From a candidate division WOR-3 bacterium (GTDB taxonomy: Bacteria; Hydrothermota; Hydrothermia; JBDRYB01), in the NCBI GenBank assembly GCA_049969615.1, contig JBMFOM010000035.1, positions 1 through 16,609 on the forward strand: DNA of 16,609 nucleotides, read 5' to 3'. Of the stretch, positions 8,100 through 15,677 are shown piece by piece. How positions within the stretch are numbered: position 1 is the stretch's first letter; each line of letters starts with the position of its first letter. A model generated the notes under the pieces. The model was not told the origin of the DNA. It was given only the letters and a program-made list of their open reading frames with translations, and did not search any database. A program made the translations under genes and the position numbers.

Positions 8100-9074
8100 C
8101 TATCCGCTTAGGTGCTCTTTCTTATACCATGCTATTGTCTTTTCAAGGCCCTCAACCAGACTCACCCTCGGCTCGTAGGCCAACAGTCTCTTCATTTTGG
8201 ATATATCCGGCACCCGGCGCCGTGGGTCCTCGTAGTTCTTGGTGAAGGTTGAGTATGACACGAACTTTATCTTTGGTTCGCCCCCTACGCCGGAGAGTTT
8301 GTGGATGAGCTTCGCTAGGTCAATTATGCTTATCTCCTCAGGGTTCCCCACATTTATTATCTCGCCCCTTGCCTCCGGGGTTGTTATTGCCCTGAGGGTG
8401 GCCTCTGCCGCATCAGCTACATATGTGAAACACCTGGTTTGTTTGCCGTCCCCGTGAACCTCTATCTCTTTTCCCTTGAATATGGCGTCCAGAAATACCC
8501 CCTGCGGACCTCCCCACCAGTTCAGATATTGCCTGGGGCCATATGTGCCAAAGTAACGCAGGATAACATAATCAAGGCCGAACTCATCCCCATAAGCTAT
8601 GGTGAGGTGTTCATCGTATAGCTTAGACACAGCGTATGCCCAACGTCTTGATGTTGAAGGGCCGAGAACCAGGTCCCCGTCCTCCCTGAACGGCTGATCT
8701 GGGCTCTTTCCATAGACATCCGAGGTTGAGGCGATGAGGAACCTGGCCCCTCGCTCGCGGGCAAGATCAAGAGCGTTAATGGTGGACTCGGTGTTCAGAG
8801 TGAGTGTCTTCAGCGCGCTCTCGTATCTCGGTATCTTATGCGCGACCAGGTTCACGACCGCGTCGGTCTCCGTAACAAGCTCAAAGAGCCTCTTCCTGTC
8901 CAGAACATCTTGCTGATGAAAAACGAAACCCTGTTTGCTCTTATGGTGAGAGATATTCTCTATCCTGCCCTTTGACAGGTTGTCAATAACTGTTATCTCG
9001 TGCCCGGCCTTCATCAGAACATCGGCCAGGTGTGAGCCGATGAAGCCAGCGCCGCCAAGAATCGTTATCTTCAC
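8100..9074 (-). CDS. NAD-dependent nucleotide-sugar epimerase/dehydratase (extended SDR; UDP-glucuronate decarboxylase-like)
   Basis: GGAGFIGSHL Rossmann motif, ASTSDVYGK, RWAYAVSK (YxxxK), RYFGTYGPRQ, GDGKQTRCFTYV, DPRRRVPDISK. Start reassigned to GTG 9074, 6 nt after TATACT (9081-9086). Confidence 0.9.
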   Translation of the reverse strand: MKITILGGAGFIGSHLADVLMKAGHEITVIDNLSKGRIENISHHKSKQGFVFHQQDVLDRKRLFELVTETDAVVNLVAHKIPRYESALKTLTLNTESTINALDLARERGARFLIASTSDVYGKSPDQPFREDGDLVLGPSTSRRWAYAVSKLYDEHLTIAYGDEFGLDYVILRYFGTYGPRQYLNWWGGPQGVFLDAIFKGKEIEVHGDGKQTRCFTYVADAAEATLRAITTPEARGEIINVGNPEEISIIDLAKLIHKLSGVGGEPKIKFVSYSTFTKNYEDPRRRVPDISKMKRLLAYEPRVSLVEGLEKTIAWYKKEHLSG

Positions 9075-9329
9075 CCGGAAAGTATAAGGGCTTGCACTGG
9101 ACTCGCGCACCCATGAACCCAGGGGTGATCCTTTCCGCGGTTGTCCTCTCTTGGTCCCATTCAAGTCGGACAAGGCCAAGGAAGGCCAAACGGGTTGAGG
9201 GTCGCTCACTCACCCTGGCCAATTGCGAGGAGAACACGCTAAGTTGTTGTGACCCGAGAACTTCCAGGCTATCCTAAATCAGGCCTTACCTCTGGGAGGC
9301 GCGGGTATGTGAGAGCTTCCACAAAGAGC

Positions 9330-9380
9330 TTGAAAAACAGCGCGCGCTGGCATTATTATTTCTCGGAAACCGAAGGAGGT
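9330..9380 (+). promoter_or_regulatory. Promoter and ribosome-binding site of the subtilase gene
   Basis: TTGAAA (9330-9335), 18 nt, TATTAT (9354-9359); SD AAGGAGGT (9373-9380) before ATG 9386. Confidence 0.55.
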
Positions 9381-9385
9381 TTGAC

Positions 9386-10861
9386 ATGTTATTCTTATCC
9401 ACGATGATAGTTGGCCTCTCCGCGGAAGCCAACGCATATCTGGAAGGGCGCAATGACCCATCCTACTGGACTGAGGCAGTTCTCGGCAGGGGCGTGGTCG
9501 TCTATACTGCCGGAACAGACCTGGACGCAAAGGCAAAGGACCTGGCGTCGCGCGGCGCGACCGTTGTTAGGGTCAACGAGATACCCGGTTCCATAGTCTT
9601 CACTATACCCGAAAAGACCGTGGACGCGACCAGGGCCTTCCTGGACGCCACGCTCACTGATCCGGCCGTTCTCTATGCCGAGCCCGATTTCAAGGTTTAT
9701 CCCCACTTCACTCCCAACGACCCATACTGGACATCCTCATACCAGTGGGGCGTGAGGGACATCAACGCGGACGACGCGTGGGATGTGGCTGGACTCGGAT
9801 CAATGAGCGCCATAGTGGCCATAATTGACCAGGGCGTCTATTATACCCACCAGGACCTGGCCGCGGCCTACGGTTCCCCTGTTGGATATGATTTCGTGAA
9901 CGAGGACAGCGATCCCTCTCCCGGCAGTGGAGAGGATCACGGCACCTGGACATCCGGCATAGCCGGCGCACGCATAAACAATTCAATCGGCATGGCAGGC
10001 GTCAGCAACTCAAGGCTCTATGCCCTTCGCGCGATGACATCATCCGGCGGCACATACACGGACATAGGGGACGCGGTATACTGGGCCGCGAACAACGGCG
10101 CGCACATCATCTCCATGAGCCTCGGTGGATACAGCACCTCCTCCTACCTCCAGAGCGCGTGCCAGTATGCCTGGAACGCTGGGCTTTATCTCGCGGCCAG
10201 CTCCGGAAACGACGGCTATAACTATGTTGCCTATCCGGCCCGCTACACAACGGTCGTCGCGGTTGGAGCCATAAACCAATCCCACACCAGACCCACATGG
10301 AGCAATTACGGCGCTGATCTCGAGCTCTGCGCGCCCGGAGTATCAATCCTGGGTTGTTATGGCACGAGCCAATATGTCTATGGCGACGGCACATCCGCGT
10401 CCTGTCCGTTCGTAACCGGTGCGGCCGGCCTGGTCAAGGCATACAGGCCCTCTTACACCAATCAGCAGATAAGGGACCTCCTAAACAACACCGCGCACGA
10501 TTGGGGTTCTGCTGGTTGGGATCAGTACTATGGTTATGGCGAGGTTGACCTCTACGCGGCCGTTGTCGGCGCGGGTATAACCGAAGACGAGCTGGGGACA
10601 AAGTTCCCCGTCATGGCAAGGGTCTCACCATCTGTGTCCCGTGGAAACGCGAGCCTCGCGCTCTCGCTTGGTGGTCAGAGGGATGTCGTGGTCTCAGTCT
10701 ATAACGCGGCCGGCGCTATAGTTGCCATCCCGTTCAAAGGCTCCCTGTCCGGCGGCAAGCACAACATAGGACTTGACCTCTCCAACCTTTCCAGAGGAGC
10801 ATACCTGATCGTTGTCTCTGACGGCTACAGCAGGGCGACGAGCAGGTTGATAAAGGAATAA
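9386..10861 (+). CDS. Secreted S8 (thermitase/subtilisin-like) serine peptidase with propeptide and T9SS type A-like tail
   Basis: YAEPD...TPNDPY propeptide junction; triad AIIDQG / DHGT / GTSASCP; oxyanion-hole SSGND; SMSLGG, YPARY, YYGYG; tail VYNAAGAIV...LSRGAYLIVV...SRLIKE. Confidence 0.92.
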   Translation: MLFLSTMIVGLSAEANAYLEGRNDPSYWTEAVLGRGVVVYTAGTDLDAKAKDLASRGATVVRVNEIPGSIVFTIPEKTVDATRAFLDATLTDPAVLYAEPDFKVYPHFTPNDPYWTSSYQWGVRDINADDAWDVAGLGSMSAIVAIIDQGVYYTHQDLAAAYGSPVGYDFVNEDSDPSPGSGEDHGTWTSGIAGARINNSIGMAGVSNSRLYALRAMTSSGGTYTDIGDAVYWAANNGAHIISMSLGGYSTSSYLQSACQYAWNAGLYLAASSGNDGYNYVAYPARYTTVVAVGAINQSHTRPTWSNYGADLELCAPGVSILGCYGTSQYVYGDGTSASCPFVTGAAGLVKAYRPSYTNQQIRDLLNNTAHDWGSAGWDQYYGYGEVDLYAAVVGAGITEDELGTKFPVMARVSPSVSRGNASLALSLGGQRDVVVSVYNAAGAIVAIPFKGSLSGGKHNIGLDLSNLSRGAYLIVVSDGYSRATSRLIKE

Positions 10862-10881
10862 GACCGAAACGCTAAAACACG

Positions 10882-10909
10882 GCCCTCTCCAAAGGAGAGG
10901 GCTTTTTTT
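10882..10909 (+). terminator. Rho-independent terminator after the subtilase
   Basis: GCCCTCTCC-aaa-GGAGAGGGC perfect 9-bp stem followed by T7, 20 nt after the stop codon. Confidence 0.9.
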
Positions 10910-11024
10910 GCGGTTTTTCGGGCAAAAGTGTCTATCCCGGCCCTTCCCAGGCAGGGCTTTCCGGCTAGACAGCGGGCTGGAACTGATACTCGGCTAAAGG
11001 AAACTCTTGCCGGGAAACGATTCT

Positions 11025-11612
11025 TTATTCCCCCCCCACCAGTTTCACTTCCTCAAAGAACAACGCGGCTTGGCCATCCGTGCCCGAGTAATCAACCCTG
11101 AAGGGAAATTCAAGTCCCCCTTCCAACCTCCTGTAATCCGCAAAGAAAAAGTTCTCTCCCCACATGGAGAGGCTCTTTATCCTCTTTCCCTCAATGCTCA
11201 CCCTGGCCGTATCATATCCGAGCCTGAGATCAAGCAGGATAAGATTCCCGACCCTGCTGGCAGAAATGACCGAATCCGCGATTGACTCGTCAGGAACGCC
11301 AAAGAGCAGTGATGCCGGGCCCTGGTTCGGAAGATCGACAACTGAAAGAACACCGCCAAAAGGGCCGTGGAGGACGAGCCTCATCAGGGATGTGTCCTTG
11401 GAAAGAGTGAAACTTCCCTCAAGCACGAGGAGACCTTGTGTTCCCCTGTATCTGCCGAACGCTGTCAACTGCTGGCTAAAGGCGTTTCTGGAGGCCGCGG
11501 CCGAGAGCACGGCCGCGGCAGTCTCAGGCAAAACATCCCTGGGGAGCCGTGTTCCCCTTGGAACACACGAGAGGGATACTATGGCTATGAGAATCGGGAC
11601 GATCTTTTGCAT
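11025..11612 (-). CDS. Hypothetical lipoprotein (possibly LolB/DUF4292-like fold)
   Basis: MQKIVPILIAIVSLS-C lipobox; beta-rich body (LMRLVLHGPFGG, FADYRRLEGGLEFPFRVDY); overlaps the gmk end by 28 nt. Fold assignment is tentative. Confidence 0.65.
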   Translation of the reverse strand: MQKIVPILIAIVSLSCVPRGTRLPRDVLPETAAAVLSAAASRNAFSQQLTAFGRYRGTQGLLVLEGSFTLSKDTSLMRLVLHGPFGGVLSVVDLPNQGPASLLFGVPDESIADSVISASRVGNLILLDLRLGYDTARVSIEGKRIKSLSMWGENFFFADYRRLEGGLEFPFRVDYSGTDGQAALFFEEVKLVGGE

Positions 11613-12178
11613 CTCTCGGCCCTCACTATGGCCGCTATATCGCTCGCCGCCTCCTCCAGATCATCATTGATGACCCAATAGTCATAGCCAGCGCCCTCGC
11701 GCATCTCCTTTCTGGCGGCCTCAAGCCTTTGAGCTAACTGCTCCTTATCCTCTGTTCCCCTGCGCAGAAGCCGGTTGACGAGTTCATCTATGGACGGCGG
11801 CGCAACGAAGGCAGTAATGCACCTGGGGCCGAATATCTCCCGTATCTGTTTCGCTCCCTGGGTATCAATCTCCAGAACAACATCCATTCCTGCCTCAAGG
11901 TGATCCACCAGCGGCTTTTTCGGTGTCCCGTAATAATGGCCGAAAACCTTTGCCCACTCAGCGAACTCCCATTTTTCAATTCCGGCGAGGAAATCACTCT
12001 CGGACATGAATAGGTAATCAACCCCGTGGGTCTCCCCTGGCCTCTGGGGCCTGGTTGTTGCGGAGATTGAGAGCCAGAGGCCCTCGGTGGACTCAATGAC
12101 CTTCTTTATGACGGTGCTCTTGCCAGAACCAGATGGCCCTGATATGACGAGGATAAACTGTCCGTGGTTTCCCCTCAT
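11585..12178 (-). CDS. gmk: Guanylate kinase
   Basis: VISGPSGSGKST P-loop, SISATTRPQRPGETHGVDYLF, FAEWAKVFGHYYGTP, LEIDTQGA, RLLRRGTE, INDDLEEA; ATGA overlap with the yicC stop. Confidence 0.97.
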   Translation of the reverse strand: MRGNHGQFILVISGPSGSGKSTVIKKVIESTEGLWLSISATTRPQRPGETHGVDYLFMSESDFLAGIEKWEFAEWAKVFGHYYGTPKKPLVDHLEAGMDVVLEIDTQGAKQIREIFGPRCITAFVAPPSIDELVNRLLRRGTEDKEQLAQRLEAARKEMREGAGYDYWVINDDLEEAASDIAAIVRAERCKRSSRFS

Positions 12179-13026
12179 TCCAGATTCCTCACCTGTTCCC
12201 TGATCTGCTCAATCAGCTCTCTCATCGTCACCGAGAGGGATATGAGCTTTGGACACGAGCTCTTTGAGGAGAGGGTCGTTGCCTCCCTGTGCAATTCCTG
12301 ACAGAGAAATTCAAGCCGTTTTCCGACCGGCCCATCCTGCGAGAGGGTCTCTCTCAGGGCCGAGAGGTGTCCCCTAATCCGTTCCAGCTCCTCCTTCACA
12401 TCGGACTTTATGACCATCCAGCTGGCCTCCAGAAATAGCCTCTGGCGAACCTCCTCGTCAGCCAGCGGCAGTCTGGATATATTCTCCAGAATCGTGCGTT
12501 TCCTGGATTCGTTCTCCTCCTCTTTGAGAGATTCAGCCTCGTCAGTGAGGCGAGAGAGCCTCTCAATGAGATCTAGGACTACCCTGCCCGTTCTTTTGCC
12601 CTCCTGGTTCCGAGTCCTTTCCATCTCCTCAAGTGCCGCTGACACTATCGCTGACAGCTCCGTGATAATCTCTCCTCCCATTCCGGAGAGAGCGTTTGCC
12701 ACACGCGGGGCGTTGAAGAGGTCAACGGTTGGAACAATCCCCTCGGGGACGAACTCCTTTAGCCTGGTGAGGTATTCGGTGAGCGCGGCGCCGTCAACCG
12801 GCAGGAGGCTCCCCGTATTAGTCATCTTTATGGTTACCTGTATCCTTCCCCGTGAAAGCCTTTGTTGGATCAGTCTCCTTATCTCAGCCTCGGCCTCCGC
12901 GGCATCATCGGGCAGAGACAACCGGATGTCAAGAAATTTTGAGTTGACCGAACTGATGGAAACCAATACGATGTGATCTCCAACCTTACCCTGAGAGCGA
13001 CCGAATCCGGTCATGCTTTTTAGCAC
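12175..13026 (-). CDS. yicC: YicC/YloC-family endoribonuclease
   Basis: MLKSMTGFGR, SVNSKFLDI, RLSRGRIQV, KSDVKEELERI, GKRLEFLCQELHREATTLSSKS, IEQIREQVRNLE; conserved position upstream of gmk. Start GTG 13026, 6 nt after TATAAT (13033-13038). Confidence 0.93.
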   Translation of the reverse strand: MLKSMTGFGRSQGKVGDHIVLVSISSVNSKFLDIRLSLPDDAAEAEAEIRRLIQQRLSRGRIQVTIKMTNTGSLLPVDGAALTEYLTRLKEFVPEGIVPTVDLFNAPRVANALSGMGGEIITELSAIVSAALEEMERTRNQEGKRTGRVVLDLIERLSRLTDEAESLKEEENESRKRTILENISRLPLADEEVRQRLFLEASWMVIKSDVKEELERIRGHLSALRETLSQDGPVGKRLEFLCQELHREATTLSSKSSCPKLISLSVTMRELIEQIREQVRNLE

Positions 13027-13185
13027 GGCTAAATTATACCCTCTGATGCTCATCGTTTGCCAGTTGTGATGGTCTTAAAAAACCTTGTCCTGGAGCACCC
13101 TTCCCCGACGAAAATTAGGAGACCTCTGAAACATCAACTACTGAAGACAAGCCGAGGATGGCCCGGTGCATTAGCCCCCCACAAG

Positions 13186-13728
13186 CTACTGCTGGGTTTT
13201 GGAGAATATGCCTACCGTGTCACCGCCGAACTGAACCTCAAAGCCTCCCCCGACCTGGTTCGCGGGCAGGCAGTAGCCCATGTAAGCCATATAATAAAAG
13301 TCACCGTCCTTATAGAGCTTGAACTGCTTTCCCGCGAATCTTGAGTCCGGTTCCCATTCCTTGTAGCGTCCTTTTTTGTCCAGCCAGTAGAACTTCTGCG
13401 CGACCAGAACCTCCTTCTGAGGCTTGCCACAGGGCGGGTCATCGGCTATCACGAATGCTAGGACTGTATCCGGAATGATCCAGCTCCTCGCGGTATCGCC
13501 TTGCCAGATGATCTGCCAGCACTTGTTCCTGTGGAGAATCCACTCGTGGCCCTCACTGGCATAGATCTTGTAGTGGATGATGTCCTTGAGGGTATCGTCC
13601 TTCTCGGCGCCAGAGGTATCCATGTAGGTAAGTATCACCTGTCTGAGGAACTGGCCGGTCGGATAGCCGCACTCCGAGCCTCCGGTCTTCTGGGAGACCA
13701 GTAGCAAAAGACATGCAAAATGGCTCAC
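13186..13728 (-). CDS. Hypothetical exported protein
   Basis: 180-aa ORF with short hydrophobic N-terminus (MSHFACLLLLVSQ), aromatic-rich, own TAAAAT (13735-13740) 6 nt before GTG. No family recognised. Confidence 0.7.
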   Translation of the reverse strand: MSHFACLLLLVSQKTGGSECGYPTGQFLRQVILTYMDTSGAEKDDTLKDIIHYKIYASEGHEWILHRNKCWQIIWQGDTARSWIIPDTVLAFVIADDPPCGKPQKEVLVAQKFYWLDKKGRYKEWEPDSRFAGKQFKLYKDGDFYYMAYMGYCLPANQVGGGFEVQFGGDTVGIFSKTQQ

Positions 13729-13746
13729 CCCGTAATTTTAATGCAG

Positions 13747-13781
13747 TGGGTCAGGGGTTTTCCAGCGCGATGGGTCAGGGG
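13747..13781. repeat. Exact 11-bp direct repeat in a divergent intergenic region
   Basis: TGGGTCAGGGG at 13747-13757 and 13771-13781 (24-bp period). Confidence 0.8.
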
Positions 13782-13906
13782 ATCCTCTTAGAACCCTGTT
13801 CCCTTTTTTCAAACCAGTAAGTTGTTGCTCTATTTTATCAGAGATCTCGGATCACTAACCTTTTACGGCCTTGATCCCCCATCTCCCTCTGCGGTATATT
13901 ATCAGT

Positions 13907-15598
13907 GTGACTGAGGACAGGAAAAAAATCTTCTGGGAGCTCTGGACTACGGAAGGCACTGCAACCGAGAGGGCAAGGCGCGTGATAGAAGAGATGGGAG
14001 AGGATGCGGCGAGGCTGGCGCAGGAGGAACTCGGCGTCCCGTTTTCCCTTTTCCAGCGAGCGGGAGTAATAGGGCCGGAGGAGAGCCTCATAATCCCCGG
14101 TGGCGAGTTTTACATCCCATTTGACATCAAGGTTGAGCCCGGAGGCGAGCTGCTCGTGTCTCCCGGCACGGTCATGCGTTTTGAGTCTGGGGCGGGCATA
14201 ACCTGCTACGGCCTCCTGAGAGTGATCGGTAGCACCGAGAACAGGATAAAGCTCCTGCCCCATGACGAGTCTAAAGGCTGGGCAGGGGTTAGGCTTGAGG
14301 GATCAGAGACCTGGGGCTCAATACTCTCCCTATGCGAGATATCCGGCGCGCTGGGAGTCATCTATCCGGGCGAGAAGACATCCTTTGGTGGCGGGCTGGT
14401 CGTTGCCGATACCAAGATAATCAAGGTTCACAACTGCCACTTCAAGAACTGCAAGGCCGACTATGGCGGTGGCATGATGGTCGCTGGAACGGTTGACCTT
14501 GAGATAATAGGCAATACCTTTCTTGAGTGTTCAGCAAGAGTTGGCTCTGGAATGGCCATTGCCGAGTGCGTCGGTGTTGTCATTGAGTCCAACAAGATAT
14601 ACAACAACCGTTCCGAGGAGACCGGTTCAACCGGCGGCGGCGCGATGATCTCGGATTCACAGAACATCCTCCTCACGAAGAACGACATCCGCGGCTCAGA
14701 GGCCAGCGCGGGCGCCGGCATTATGGTCGTTGATTCTCAGAAAGTCTTCTTTGACGAGAACCTCTTCTTCCAGAACTCCGCGAGGGATGAAGAGGAGGGC
14801 AACGGCGGCGGCTTGGCCATTGCTGGCTCAAAAGGCGTTGAGATAACCAAATGTCGTTTCCTGGGCAACACGGCCTCCAGCGGCGCGGGGATTGTCATAA
14901 TGCGCTCAGGTGGGGTGAGGGTAGCGGACTGCATCCTCGTGGAGAACTCTGCGGCCGGAACCCAGGAATCCGCTGGCGGCGGGGCGTTTTTCGGGGATGT
15001 GGCTGACCTTAGGCTTGAGAGAAACAGGCTTGAGAATAACATGGCCTCTGTGGGCGCGGGTTTCTCCGCTTTTGGTTGTCCCCACGTGGCGATAGTTGGG
15101 AATGTGCTCTCAGGCAACATGGCCAGGAGGGGAGGCGGAGGTGCCGCTGTCTATGAGTGCACGAACGCACAAGTTGATGACAATGATTTTATCGCCAATT
15201 CGGCATATCAGGGCGCGGGACTGCTCTTGAACTCGTGCCCGAGGGCCAGCATAAGGCGCAACCGTTTCAGGGCAAACCAGACAGGCCCAAAAGAGGAATC
15301 CGTTGGTGGCGGTGCCGTTATCATTGATTCAAAGAGGACCCTGATCGCCGAGAACGAGTTTCGCGAGAACATATCCGTGATAGCAGGCGCGCTCATGCTC
15401 TCCGGGTGCAAGAACCCGGTCATCCGTGCCAATTATTTCACGGGCAACTCTGGCGTCGCCGGAATAGTGGCCTTCTCCGAGTGTGAGGGTGGGAGGATGG
15501 AAAAGAACAGGTTTAGAGCTAACGAGGTGATGACTGAGGGTCTTGTTCTCAGGGGCGATTCCGATGTCGCGGAAACAGATAATGTCTACCAGGAATGA
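13907..15598 (+). CDS. Right-handed parallel beta-helix repeat protein without signal peptide
   Basis: Repeats of the form N-x-F-x-x-N-x-A...G(G/A)G-hydrophobic; VEPGGELLVSPGTVMRF...GWAGVRL cap region. Start GTG 13907 is 6 nt after TATATT (13895-13900), with TTGATC at 13871-13876. Confidence 0.85.
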   Translation: MTEDRKKIFWELWTTEGTATERARRVIEEMGEDAARLAQEELGVPFSLFQRAGVIGPEESLIIPGGEFYIPFDIKVEPGGELLVSPGTVMRFESGAGITCYGLLRVIGSTENRIKLLPHDESKGWAGVRLEGSETWGSILSLCEISGALGVIYPGEKTSFGGGLVVADTKIIKVHNCHFKNCKADYGGGMMVAGTVDLEIIGNTFLECSARVGSGMAIAECVGVVIESNKIYNNRSEETGSTGGGAMISDSQNILLTKNDIRGSEASAGAGIMVVDSQKVFFDENLFFQNSARDEEEGNGGGLAIAGSKGVEITKCRFLGNTASSGAGIVIMRSGGVRVADCILVENSAAGTQESAGGGAFFGDVADLRLERNRLENNMASVGAGFSAFGCPHVAIVGNVLSGNMARRGGGGAAVYECTNAQVDDNDFIANSAYQGAGLLLNSCPRASIRRNRFRANQTGPKEESVGGGAVIIDSKRTLIAENEFRENISVIAGALMLSGCKNPVIRANYFTGNSGVAGIVAFSECEGGRMEKNRFRANEVMTEGLVLRGDSDVAETDNVYQE

Positions 15599-15600
15599 GG

Positions 15601-15629
15601 GTTGTGTTCACCCATCACGGTAACACAGC
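15601..15629 (+). other. Intergenic stem-loop right after the beta-helix stop codon
   Basis: GTTGTGTT-c-ACC-catcac-GGT-AACACAGC (11 bp, one G-U pair and one bulge); no U tract, so function is uncertain. Confidence 0.35.
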
Positions 15630-15677
15630 GCTGGTTGCCGGCCCTTCTCTGAAACCTCCAGTCTGGATGGTCTGACA

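Noticed and set aside
9075-9209. 45-aa N-terminal extension of the epimerase in the ORF track (similarly for argF, yicC and the beta-helix gene)
   Set aside because: Family N-termini and/or -10 positions indicate downstream starts; the extensions are non-conserved-looking open frame.
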